From Balanoglossus misakiensis (taxonomy: Eukaryota > Animalia > Hemichordata), in contig CM082586.2 in assembly GCA_040954595.2 (NCBI GenBank), positions 1,115,630 through 1,179,629 of the forward strand: 64,000 nt of DNA, given 5' to 3'. Under the pieces are notes generated by a model that searched no databases, was not told where the DNA came from, and was given only the letters and a program-made list of their open reading frames with translations. Shown here piece by piece: positions 46,430 to 59,400 of the stretch. The translations under genes were made by a program, and so were the position numbers. Position 1 is the stretch's first letter, and each line of letters starts with the position of its first letter.

Positions 46430-49400
46430 ATGCGGAGAGTGCTTGTAGTACCGACTTGGTGTAATATCCGTCAGCTTCTCGCCTTGGTGATCGGTGTGGT
46501 GATCGGATCGCTCATTCAGGAAATGGTAAGTGACCCATTTTAATGTGAAGATGACCTCTTTTTTACGAATCTAGGAATAATACACACCCAACAATACTAT
46601 GGATTTCGAATAAGGAATAAGACAACAGATAGTAACACAGCATTATGAACGAATTCAGTTTTTAACAAACTTCTTTCTCCAAGTGATATGAAAAAGGAAA
46701 AGTACCAATTTACTTCACAACTTTCCTCTGATTAATCTGACAATTACAATGAAACGACCTACATAAGTGAAGGGTTGGTCGTAATTAGAGTCTCGGTTCC
46801 ACTGTGTATACAATGTGTCATTCATGATTTGTGAAGTAGTGCACATCTTTGCCTCCGTGTTTTCACAGAACAAATGGAGCGGAAAACCGTGCTAGGTCTT
46901 GACATCTTAAACCAATTTAGGGTCGACATATTCCACAAATCGAAACGTTTGCAAGCAGGTGACCGAAATACCTAAATTCGACAGATAAATTATAGTCCCT
47001 CTGAGCGTCATTCGGATAAGTAAACGTACTTCCAATAGAAAACAATTGGCAATGGCATAATCCTGACTCTTCTGCTGATGGCGTCGCTTGGACGAAAATT
47101 CAAACACACCCTGAGTCATTCTTATCAATGAATGACAAGTTTATACGTAGGATGATAACTGTATTTATTTTTTTCTCTTCTAGTCCTTGTTGGAGAGAGA
47201 AAGTTGTATTTCTCCTCAAGTTAATTCTAGAAATCGTTTGACACGCCTAGGAGAGTTTAATTCTGTCTCCAATACGACTAGACTGAACGTCGTAGACAAC
47301 AAAGCCAGTGCCAAAACATACAAAGCAAATAAGGGAAGACCCTACTCTTCTCAAAGGACAGAATCTTTAGTGACATCGCCATATAAATCAAGGTAAGATA
47401 ACAGGCTCATGAATTGGTCATATATTTTCTGTACTTGTTCTCAAAGCCACCTAGTAGATATATAACATGAAAAGAAGGCAATGGAACAACGACAACCACC
47501 ACTACCACCACCAAAACTACATCATCCATGTATTTTATTTTTGCGCACATTTTAGGTTTGTCGTTCGAGGCAATGGAACAACGCCATCCTTTCGTCGAGG
47601 CGACACCATTGAGGTCGTAATTGACACGTTTGATGCAGATGGCTATAAACAAACGATTGGCGGGGACTTCTTTTTTGCCGTCATGTCCAACAGTGAACTA
47701 TACGCCTCTGCCAGTGGACGCGTGGTTGACCACAGGAATGGTTCTTACAGTGTCTACTTTTACGCTGGTTGGATTGGACAAGCAAGTATAGAAATAACTC
47801 TGGTACATCCACGAGAGGCGGTCAATTGGATAGAAACCGTTTATCGCCGAAAACAACCTTGTCTTGAGTGGAGAGCTGTCTTCAAGAATCACAATTTCAC
47901 CGAAAATATAACATGCTATATGTTGATAGATTCAACATGGCAGAATAAGTGTGTGTATCACAACGAGAACGCTCTTGGAGACGCTGCTTTCGTGTGCAAT
48001 AAACCCAAACACTTGTCGTGCGATGAAATATATACAATAAAAACTGACGTAGGATCCTTGTCAAGATGCGTAACCGGAAGTCTTACAGAAGATAAGCGGT
48101 TCTTGTTTGAAAAGTAAGTAAACATTTTGATTAAGCGAATATTTTTTTTGCTGAGATACATCGCTTGGTGCGTACTAGTCTTGTCAACCATACAAATTAT
48201 CGTTCGGCGCCTATATGGAAATATATATTCTTGTTTATAAATTGAGTACTTTTGACAAACTAACAGAACACGTCTTGACTGATATAAGTGACCTTTTGTA
48301 TTCAGCTTAAAATTTACACGAAGTCGTAACTAGCGTTACTACATATCAGAAAGCTAATTTTTTCTAAGACAATAGTTGTCTTATCAAAGTTGACACAATG
48401 AAGTGGCCAATGATTCTCCGCTCATTGCGAGATCTCGCGAGACTTGTTTAATTACCGTAGTTTCTAGTTGCGAGCTAAGTAATATTAGTCAATCTTTGTA
48501 TATTGTAGGAAACCAGAATAGGTGTATAATTTTAAAATATTTGTGACTTATGTGCTGTTTAACTCGATGGGTCTTTGTGTTGTTTGTCCTGCGTCACACG
48601 AGAATGTTCTCCGGCCAAAATAAACTGCCTAGCCACGCGAGATCTTACAGGCAGGGACTAGTAAACACGTTTAGCTCAATTAACTTCAATACAAAATCGG
48701 TCGCGCCCAAATTTCAAAAGAGTAGGCCTACTTGTCTGATAAGTTTGGTTTCAATGTGATCAGTCGTCCTTGAGAAGTACTTGACGTCCCGCATGTATGA
48801 ATACAAGAACTCAAACTCCTGACCTGCAGTGTACAACCAGCCATTATATTGGCCTTTCTACAGCTCTTAATTGTTTCCCATGCTTAAAGACACACTGGTT
48901 GCCCAATTCATGTCAATGGACGTTATGCTCTATTTTTCAACAGGCCGTACCTCATGACTCAGCTCAAGGACAGTCCATTACAAATCACAATTGAAGGTAA
49001 TACGGTTAATTCTTTCCGCTTGGCTTAGGAGTGGAACATTTGATATTTTTTTTGGGGGGGGGGGGCTGGAAGATTCTGGAAATGTTTCGGGGGGGGGGGG
49101 AGGTAATTAATAAAAATTATCTATCATATTCTCAATCTTCCACTTGGGCCATGAGGATGGTGTATTTATTAACAGAAAAGTCGCACGTGCGCAGTTCAGA
49201 CGATCTTCCTTTTTAACAACTTATTCTTGTTTGTAATGTTCACCTTTTCAGGAGTAAAAGATGGTCGGGTTCATCGCCTTCCACCTTGTGAAACAGACCT
49301 TCCAGTAGCGATATCTGACGGTTTCTGGATAAGTAAAACACGGTGGATTTCTCGCGTCTGCAAGGCGCGTCCGTGGAGTAACTCCGAAATGCGAACGTGT

Positions 49401-50024
49401 CTGAAAGGAAAAAGTGTCTTGATTCTCGGCGATTCGACAACCCGGCAGTTGTGCTCGATGATCGCTGACCATCTTGGGCCAAGTTTGCAGTCAAGTGGCA
49501 AGTGGGCGTGGCATGATAGTGACTACAACACCAATGTAAGTTTCACGTTTCACCCAGTGGCGATCGGCCATTCTGTTAACAACTTTTGGCAGCAACAGTT
49601 TGAAAGTGACCTTATGGACAGCTTTCCGGTCACGCAATGTGGCTTTGTGGTTGTCCTCAGCTTTTCCTACCATTTTGCATCATGGACAAAAGCGTCGTAT
49701 GTAGAGAGGATCCAACGAGTCAGAGATGCCGTGGTTCGACTGAAGACACGCTGTCCGGACACCGTCGTTATTGTGAAAAGTTCTCATGCCAGAGAGCATT
49801 CTCAGCCAGATACACACATCCACAGCAGCGATTGGACTTTGTTTGCTATGAATAAAGAACTCAGAGAGACTTTTGGCGGGATCGGAGTTAGCTTCTTAGA
49901 TGTATACGACATGTGCTTGGCTTGTTCTGCTAAAAACAATGTTCACATGCCACCAGAAGTCATACGCCAACAAATTGACTTGCTGTTTTCCTATATCTGC
50001 CCACACTTCACGCAATATATGTGA
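46430..50024 (+). CDS. NXPE family protein (neurexophilin and PC-esterase domain), ~562 aa
   Basis: Exons 46430-46525 (N-terminal hydrophobic anchor LLALVIGVVIGSLI), 47184-47392, 47556-48113 (KQTIGGDFFFAVM..ASGRVVDHRNGSYSVYFYAGWIGQASIEITLVHPREAV), 48944-48996, 49252-50024 (DGFW..CLKGKSVLILGDSTTRQ..NNVHMPPEVIRQQIDLLFSYICP). Exon lengths sum to 1689 nt, in frame. Confidence 0.9.
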
Positions 50025-50449
50025 TCGTTCACATACACAACCTCAGGTGATTATGGCTGCTTTAAATAGGTTTTTTCTTCGAGTTAAAGGTCAAATCACA
50101 TTATAAAAATTGCATTCTGGGTAAAAGGTTGACAAGTGACTGTAGTAAGAGAAATTATATGTTTACTGTATTTAATAATTTTATTACATATAAGTGAACC
50201 AACATTAGATAATGTCCATTTTTATCACATACGGCAACCTCAATCTTTGTTTTTCCCACATTTCCAAACTTTCGGAGCCTTAAACGGAAAATAGTTCAAT
50301 GATTCTCTGAGCCCTGTTTTTTCATCAAATTGTAAACTGTACATAGATTTGTAACCATTTTATTTTATTATAATACATGTTTATTTTTACTCTTTTTCTT
50401 CATTTAATGTGTCTGTTTATTTATTTATTAAAACAAGGTGAGTTTTATT

Positions 50450-53400
50450 TTCGGAGTTTCGCAATTTTTTTCATGATTTTGATGAGCTATAACCAATGGT
50501 TTTTTCAAAAATCGACCAAATTTTGAAAATTCGCAAAGTCGAAAAAATCTCACTTTTTGACGATTTTCCTGAGCTATAACCCATGTTTTTTTCAAAAATC
50601 GACCAAATTTTGAAAATTCGCAAAGTCGAAAAATTCTCACTTTTTGACGATTTTCCTGAGCTATAACCCATGTTTTTTTCAAAAATCGACCAAATTTTGA
50701 AAATTCGCAAAGTCGAAAAATTCTCACTTTTTGACGATTTTCCTGAGCTATAACCCATGGTTTTTTCAAAAATCGACCAAATTTTGAAAATTCGCAAAGT
50801 CGAAAAATTCTCACTTTTTGACGATTTTCCTGAGCTATAACCCATGGTTTTTTTCAAAAATCGACCAAATTTTGAAAATTCGCAAAGTCGAAAAATTCTC
50901 ACTTTTTGACGATTTTCCTGAGCTATAACCCATGGTTTTTTTCAAAAATCGACCAAATTTTGAAAATTCGCAAAGTCGAAAAATTCTCATTTTTTGACGA
51001 TTTTCCTGAGCTATAACCCATGGTTTTTTCAAAAATCGACCAAATTTTGAAAATTCGCAAAGTCGAAAAATTCTCACTTTTTGACGATTTTCCTGAGCTA
51101 TAACCCATGGTTTTTTCAAAAATCGACCAAATTTTGAAAATTCGCAAAGTCGAAAAATTCTCACTTTTTGACGATTTTCCTGAGCTATAACCCATGGTTT
51201 TTTTTCAAAAATCGACCAAATTTTGAAAATTCGCAAAGTCGAAAAATTCGCATTTTTTGACGATTTTCCTGAGCTATAACCCATGGTTTTTTTCAAAAAT
51301 CGACCAAATTTTGAAAATTCGCAAAGTCGAAAAATTCGCATTTTTTGACGATTTTCCTGAGCTATAACCCATGGTTTTTTTTCAAAAATCGACCAAATTT
51401 TGAAAATTCGCAAAGTCGAAAAATTCGCATTTTTTGACGATTTTCCTGAGCTATAACCCATGGTTTTTTCAAAAATCGACCAAATTTTGAAAATTCGCAA
51501 AGTCGAAAAATTCGCATTTTTTGACGATTTTCCTGAGCTATAACCCATGGTTTTTTCAAAAATCGACCAAATTTTGAAAATTCGCAAAGTCGAAAAATTC
51601 GCATTTTTTGACGATTTTCCTGAGCTATAACCCATGGTTTTTTCAAAAATCGACCAAATTTTGAAAATTCGCAAAGTCGAAAAATTCGCATTTTTTGACG
51701 ATTTTCCTGAGCTATAACCCATGGTTTTTTCAAAAATCGACCAAATTTTGAAAATTCGCAAAGTCGAAAAATTCGCATTTTTTGACGATTTTCCTGAGCT
51801 ATAACCCATGGTTTTTTTCAAAAATCGACCAAATTTTGAAAATTCGCAAAGTCGAAAAATTCGCATTTTTTGACGATTTTCCTGAGCTATAACCCATGGT
51901 TTTTTCAAAAATCGACCAAATTTTGAAAATTCGCAAAGTCGAAAAATTCGCATTTTTTGACGATTTTCCTGAGCTATAACCCATGGTTTTTTTAAAAAAT
52001 CGACCAAATTTTGAAAATTCGCAAAGTCGAAAAATTCGCATTTTTTGACGATTTTCCTGAGCTATAACCCATGGTTTTTTTTCAAAAATCGACCAAATTT
52101 TGAAAATTCGCAAAGTCGAAAAATTCGCATTTTTTGACGATTTTCCTGAGCTATAACCCATGGTTTTTTCAAAAATCGACCAAATTTTGAAAATTCGCAA
52201 AGTCGAAAAATTCGCATTTTTTGACGATTTTCCTGAGCTATAACCCATGGTTTTTTCAAAAATCGACCAAATTTTGAAAATTCGCAAAGTCGAAAAATTC
52301 TCATTTTTTGACGATTTTCCTGAGCTATAACCCATGGTTTTTTCAAAAATCGACCAAATTTTGAAAATTCGCAAAGTCGAAAAATTCGCATTTTTTGACG
52401 ATTTTCCTGAGCTATAACCCATGGTTTTTTCAAAAATCGACCAAATTTTGAAAATTCGCAAAGTCGAAAAATTCGCATTTTTTGACGATTTTCCTGAGCT
52501 ATAACCCATGGTTTTTTTCAAAAATCGACCAAATTTTGAAAATTCGCAAAGTCGAAAAATTCGCATTTTTTGACGATTTTCCTGAGCTATAACCCATGGT
52601 TTTTTCAAAAATCGACCAAATTTTGAAAATTCGCAAAGTCGAAAAATTCGCACTTTTTGACGATTTTCCTGAGCTATAACCCATGGTTTTTTCAAAAATC
52701 GACCAAATTTTGAAAATTCGCAAAGTCGAAAAATTCGCATTTTTTGACGATTTTCCTGAGCTATAACCCATGGTTTTTTCAAAAATCGACCAAATTTTGA
52801 AAATTCGCAAAGTCGAAAAATTCGCATTTTTTGACGATTTTCCTGAGCTATAACGCATGGTTTTTTCAAAAATCGACCAAATTTTGAAAATTCGCAAAGT
52901 CGAAAAATTCGCATTTTTTGACGATTTTCCTGAGCTATAACCCATGGTTTTTTTCAAAAATCGACCAAATTTTGAAAATTCGCAAAGTCGAAAAATTCTC
53001 ATTTTTTGACGATTTTCCTGAGCTATAACCCATGTTTTTTTCAAAAATCGACCAAATTTTGAAAATTCGCAAAGTCGAAAAATTCTCATTTTTTGACGAT
53101 TTTCCTGAGCTATAACCCATGGTTTTTTCAAAAATCGACCAAATTTTGAAAATTCGCAAAGTCGAAAAATTCTCACTTTTTGACGATTTTCCTGAGCTAT
53201 AACCCATGGTTTTTTCAAAAATCGACCAAATTTTGAAAATTCGCAAAGTCGAAAAATTCTCACTTTTTGACGATTTTCCTGAGCTATAACCCATGGTTTT
53301 TTCAAAAATCGACCAAATTTTGAAAATTCGCAAAGTCGAAAAATTCTCATTTTTTGACGATTTTCCTGAGCTATAACCCATGGTTTTTTCAAAAATCGAC

Positions 53401-56400
53401 CAAATTTTGAAAATTCGCAAAGTCGAGAAATTCGCATTTTTTGACGATTTTCCTGAGCTATAACCCATGGTTTTTTCAAAAATCGACCAAATTTTGAAAA
53501 TTCGCAAAGTCGAAAAATTCGCATTTTTTGACGATTTTCCTGAGCTATAACCCATGGTTTTTTTCAAAAAACGACCAAATTTTGAAAATTCGCAAAGTCG
53601 AAAAATTCGCATTTTTTGACGATTTTCCTGAGCTATAACCCATGGTTTTTTTCAAAAATCGACCAAATTTTGAAAATTCGCAAAGTCGAAAAATTCTCAT
53701 TTTTTGACGATTTTCCTGAGCTATAACCCATGGTTTTTTCAAAAATCGACCAAATTTTGAAAATTCGCAAAGTCGAAAAATTCTCATTTTTTGACGATTT
53801 TCCTGAGCTATAACCCATGGTTTTTTCAAAAATCGACTAAATTTTGAAAATTCGCAAAGTCGAAAAATTCTCACTTTTTGACGATTTTCCTGAGCTATAA
53901 CCCATGGTTTTTTCAAAAATCGACCAAATTTTGAAAATTCGCAAAGTCGAAAAATTCGCATTTTTTGACGATTTTCCTGAGCTATAACCCATGGTTTTTT
54001 TCAAAAATCGACCAAATTTTAAAAATTCGCAAAGTCGAAAAATTCTCATTTTTTGACGATTTTCCTGAGCTATAACCCATGTTTTTTTCAAAAATCGACC
54101 AAATTTTGAAAATTCGCAAAGTCGAAAAATTCTCATTTTTTGACGATTTTCCTGAGCTATAACCCATGGTTTTTTCAAAAATCGACCAAATTTTGAAAAT
54201 TCGCAAAGTCGAAAAATTCTCACTTTTTGACGATTTTCCTGAGCTATAACCCATGGTTTTTTCAAAAATCGACCAAATTTTGAAAATTCGCAAAGTCGAA
54301 AAATTCTCACTTTTTGACGATTTTCCTGAGCTATAACCCATGGTTTTTTCAAAAATCGACCAAATTTTGAAAATTCGCAAAGTCGAAAAATTCTCATTTT
54401 TTGACGATTTTCCTGAGCTATAACCCATGGTTTTTTCAAAAATCGACCAAATTTTGAAAATTCGCAAAGTCGAGAAATTCGCATTTTTTGACGATTTTCC
54501 TGAGCTATAACCCATGGTTTTTTCAAAAATCGACCAAATTTTGAAAATTCGCAAAGTCGAAAAATTCGCATTTTTTGACGATTTTCCTGAGCTATAACCC
54601 ATGGTTTTTTTCAAAAAACGACCAAATTTTGAAAATTCGCAAAGTCGAAAAATTCGCATTTTTTGACGATTTTCCTGAGCTATAACCCATGGTTTTTTTC
54701 AAAAATCGACCAAATTTTGAAAATTCGCAAAGTCGAAAAATTCTCATTTTTTGACGATTTTCCTGAGCTATAACCCATGGTTTTTTCAAAAATCGACCAA
54801 ATTTTGAAAATTCGCAAAGTCGAAAAATTCTCATTTTTGACGATTTTCCTGAGCTATAACCCATGGTTTTTTCAAAAATCGACTAAATTTTGAAAATTCG
54901 CAAAGTCGAAAATTCTCACTTTTTGACGATTTTCCTGAGCTATAACCCATGGTTTTTTCAAAAATCGACCAAATTTTGAAAATTCGCAAAGTCGAAAAAT
55001 TCGCATTTTTTGACGATTTTCCTGAGCTATAACCCATGGTTTTTTCAAAATCGACCAAATTTTAAAAATTCGCAAAGTCGAAAAATTCGCATTTTTTGAC
55101 GATTTTCCTGAGCTATAACCCATGGTTTTTCAAAAATCGACCAAATTTTGAAAATTCGCAAAGTCGAAAAATTCGCATTTTTTGACGATTTTCCTGAGCT
55201 ATAACCCATGGTTTTTTCAAAAATCGACCAAATTTTGAAAATTCGCAAAGTCGAAAAATTCGCATTTTTTGACGATTTTCCTGAGCTATAACCCATGGTT
55301 TTTTCAAAAATCGACCAAATTTTGAAAATTCGCAAAGTCGAAAAATTCTCACTTTTTGACGATTTTCCTGAGCTATAACCCATGGTTTTTCAAAAATCGA
55401 CCAAATTTTGAAAATTCGCAAAGTCGAAAAATTCTCACTTTTTGACGATTTTCCTGAGCTATAACCCATGGTTTTTTCAAAAATCGACCAAATTTTGAAA
55501 ATTCGCAAAGTCGAAAAATTCGCACTTTTTGACGATTTTCCTGAGCTATAACCCATGGTTTTTTCAAAAATCGACCAAATTTTGAAAATTCGCAAAGTCG
55601 AAAAATTCGCATTTTTTGACGATTTTCCTGAGCTATAACCCATGGTTTTTTCAAAAATCGACCAAATTTTGAAAATTCGCAAAGTCGAAAAATTCGCATT
55701 TTTTGACGATTTTCCTGAGCTATAACCCATGGTTTTTTCAAAAATCGACCAAATTTTGAAAATTCGCAAAGTCGAAAAATTCGCATTTTTTGACGATTTT
55801 CCTGAGCTATAACCCATGGTTTTTTTCAAAAATCGACCAAATTTTGAAAATTCGCAAAGTCGAAAAATTCTCACTTTTTGACGATTTTCCTGAGCTATAA
55901 CCCATGGTTTTTTCAAAAATCGACCAAATTTTGAAAATTCGCAAAGTCGAAAAATTCTCACTTTTTGACGATTTTCCTGAGCTATAACCCATGGTTTTTT
56001 TCAAAAATCGACCAAATTTTGAAAATTCGCAAAGTCGAAAAATTCTCACTTTTTGACGATTTTCCTGAGCTATAACCCATGGTTTTTTCAAAAATCGACC
56101 AAATTTTGAAAATTCGCAAAGTCGAAAAATTCTCATTTTTTGACGATTTTCCTGAGCTATAACCCATGGTTTTTTCAAAAATCGACCAAATTTTGAAAAT
56201 TCGCAAAGTCCAAAAATTCTCACTTTTTGACGATTTTCCTGAGCTATAACCCATGGTTTTTTTCAAAAATCGACCAAATTTTGAAAATTCGCAAAGTCGA
56301 AAAATTCTCACTTTTTGACGATTTTCCTGAGCTATAACCCATGGTTTTTTCAAAAATCGACCAAATTTTGAAAATTCGCAAAGTCGAAAAATTCTCACTT

Positions 56401-59400
56401 TTTGACGATTTTCCTGAGCTATAACCCATGGTTTTTTCAAAAATCGACCAAATTTTGAAAATTCGCAAAGTCGAAAAATTCGCACTTTTTGACGATTTTC
56501 CTGAGCTATAACCCATGGTTTTTTCAAAAATCGACCAAATTTTGAAAATTCGCAAAGTCGAAAAATTCGCATTTTTTGACGATTTTCCTGAGCTATAACC
56601 CATGGTTTTTTCAAAATCGACCAAATTTTGAAAATTCGCAAAGTCCAAAAATTCGCATTTTTTGACGATTTTCCTGAGCTATAACCCATGGTTTTTTCAA
56701 AAATCGACCAAATTTTGAAAATTCGCAAAGTCGAAAAATTCTCATTTTTTGACGATTTTCCTGAGCTATAACCCATGGTTTTTTTCAAAAATCGACCAAA
56801 TTTTGAAAATTCGCAAAGTCGAAAAATTCTCATTTTTTGACGATTTTCCTGAGCTATAACCCATGGTTTTTTCAAAAATCGACCAAATTTTGAAATTCGC
56901 AAAGTCGAAAATTCTCATTTTTTGACGATTTTCCTGAGCTATAACCCATGGTTTTTTCAAAAATCGACCAAATTTTGAAATTCGCAAAGTCGAAAAATTC
57001 TAACTTTTTGACGATTTTCCTGAGCTATAACCCATGGTTTTTTCAAAAATCGACCAAATTTTGAAAATTCGCAAAGTCGAAAAATTCGCATTTTTTGACG
57101 ATTTTCCTGAGCTATAACCCATGGTTTTTTCAAAAATCGACCAAATTTTAAAATTCGCAAAGTCGAAAAATTCGCATTTTTGACGATTTTCCTGAGCTAT
57201 AACCCATGGTTTTTTTCAAAAATCGACCAAATTTTGAAAATTCGCAAAGTCGAAAAATTCGCATTTTTTGACGATTTTCCTGAGCTATAACCCATGGTTT
57301 TTTCAAAAATCGACCAAATTTTGAAAATTCGCAAAGTCGAAAAATTCGCATTTTTTGACGATTTTCCTGAGCTATAACCCATGGTTTTTTTCAAAAATCG
57401 ACCAAATTTTGAAAATTCGCAAAGTCGAAAAATTCGCATTTTTTGACGATTTTCCTGAGCTATAACCCATGGTTTTTTCAAAATCGACCAAATTTTGAAA
57501 ATTCGCAAAGTCGAAAAATTCGCATTTTTTGACGATTTTCCTGAGCTATAACCCATGGTTTTTTCAAAAATCGACCAAATTTTGAAAATTCGCAAAGTCG
57601 AAAAATTCGCATTTTTGACGATTTTCCTGAGCTATAACCCATGGTTTTTTTCAAAAATCGACCAAATTTTGAAAATTCGCAAAGTCGAAAATTCGCATTT
57701 TTTGACGATTTTCCTGAGCTATAACCCATGGTTTTTTTCAAAAATCGACCAAATTTTGAAAATTCGCAAAGTCGAAAAATTCTCACTTTTTGACGATTTT
57801 CCTGAGCTATAACCCATGGTTTTTTTCAAAATCGACCAAATTTTGAAAATTCGCAAAGTCGAAAAATTCTCACTTTTTGACGATTTTCCTGAGCTATAAC
57901 CCATGGTTTTTTTCAAAAATCGACCAAATTTTGAAAATTCGCAAAGTCGAAAAATTCTCACTTTTGACGATTTTCCTGAGCTATAACCCATGGTTTTTTC
58001 AAAAATCGACCAAATTTTGAAAATTCGCAAAGTCGAAAATTCTCACTTTTTGACGATTTTCCTGAGCTATAACCCATGGTTTTTTCAAAAATCGACCAAA
58101 TTTTGAAAATTCGCAAAGTCGAAAAATTCTCACTTTTTGACGATTTTCCTGAGCTATAACCCATGGTTTTTTCAAAATCGACCAAATTTGAAAATTCGCA
58201 AAGTCGAAAATTCTCACTTTTTGACGATTTTCCTGAGCTATAACCCATGGTTTTTTCAAAAATCGACCAAATTTTGAAAATTCGCAAAGTCGAAAAATTC
58301 TCACTTTTTGACGATTTTTCCTGAGCTATAACCCATGGTTTTTTCAAAAATCGACCAAATTTTGAAAATTCGCAAAGTCGAAAAATTCTCACTTTTTGAC
58401 GATTTTCCTGAGCTATAACCCATGGTTTTTTTCAAAAATCGACCAAATTTTGAAAATTCGCAAAGTCGAAAAATTCTCACTTTTTGACGATTTTCCTGAG
58501 CTATAACCCATGGTTTTTTCAAAAATCGACCAAATTTGAAAATTCGCAAAGTCGAAAAATTCTCACTTTTTGACGATTTTCCTGAGCTATACCCATGGTT
58601 TTTTCAAAAATCGACCAAATTTTGAAAATTCGCAAAGTCGAAAAATTCGCATTTTTGACGATTTTCCTGAGCTATAACCCATGGTTTTTTTCAAAAATCG
58701 ACCAAATTTTGAAAATTCGCAAAGTCGAAAAATTCGCATTTTTTGACGATTTTCCTGAGCTATAACCCATGGTTTTTTTCAAAAATCGACCAAATTTTGA
58801 AAATTCGCAAAGTCGAAAAATTCGCATTTTTTGACGATTTTCCTGAGCTATAACCCATGGTTTTTTCAAAAATCGACCAAATTTTGAAAATTCGCAAAGT
58901 CGAAAAATTCGCATTTTTTGACGATTTTCCTGAGCTATAACCCATGGTTTTTTCAAAAATCGACCAAATTTTGAAAATTCGCAAAGTCGAAAAATTCTCA
59001 TTTTTTGACGATTTTCCTGAGCTATAACCCATGGTTTTTTCAAAAATCGACCAAATTTTGAAAATTCGCAAAGTCGAAAAATTCTCATTTTTTGACGATT
59101 TTCCTGAGCTATAACCCATGGTTTTTTCAAAAATCGACCAAATTTTGAAAATTCGCAAAGTCGAAAAATTCTCATTTTTTGACGATTTTCCTGAGCTATA
59201 ACCCATGGTTTTTTCAAAAATCGACCAAATTTTGAAAATTCGCAAAGTCGAAAATTCTCATTTTTTGACGATTTTCCTGAGCTATAACCCATGGTTTTTT
59301 CAAAAATCGACCAAATTTTGAAAATTCGCAAAGTCGAAAAATTCTCATTTTTTGACGATTTTCCTGAGCTATAACCCATGGTTTTTTCAAAAATCGACCA

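Noticed and set aside
46869-46895. Extra NXPE exon after the acceptor at 46868
   Set aside because: In-frame TAG after 8 codons; the gene model is complete without it.
54830-58700. Excess single-base homopolymer deletions in monomers
   Set aside because: Consistent with long-read consensus error in a poorly polished repeat; cannot be treated as biological without reads.
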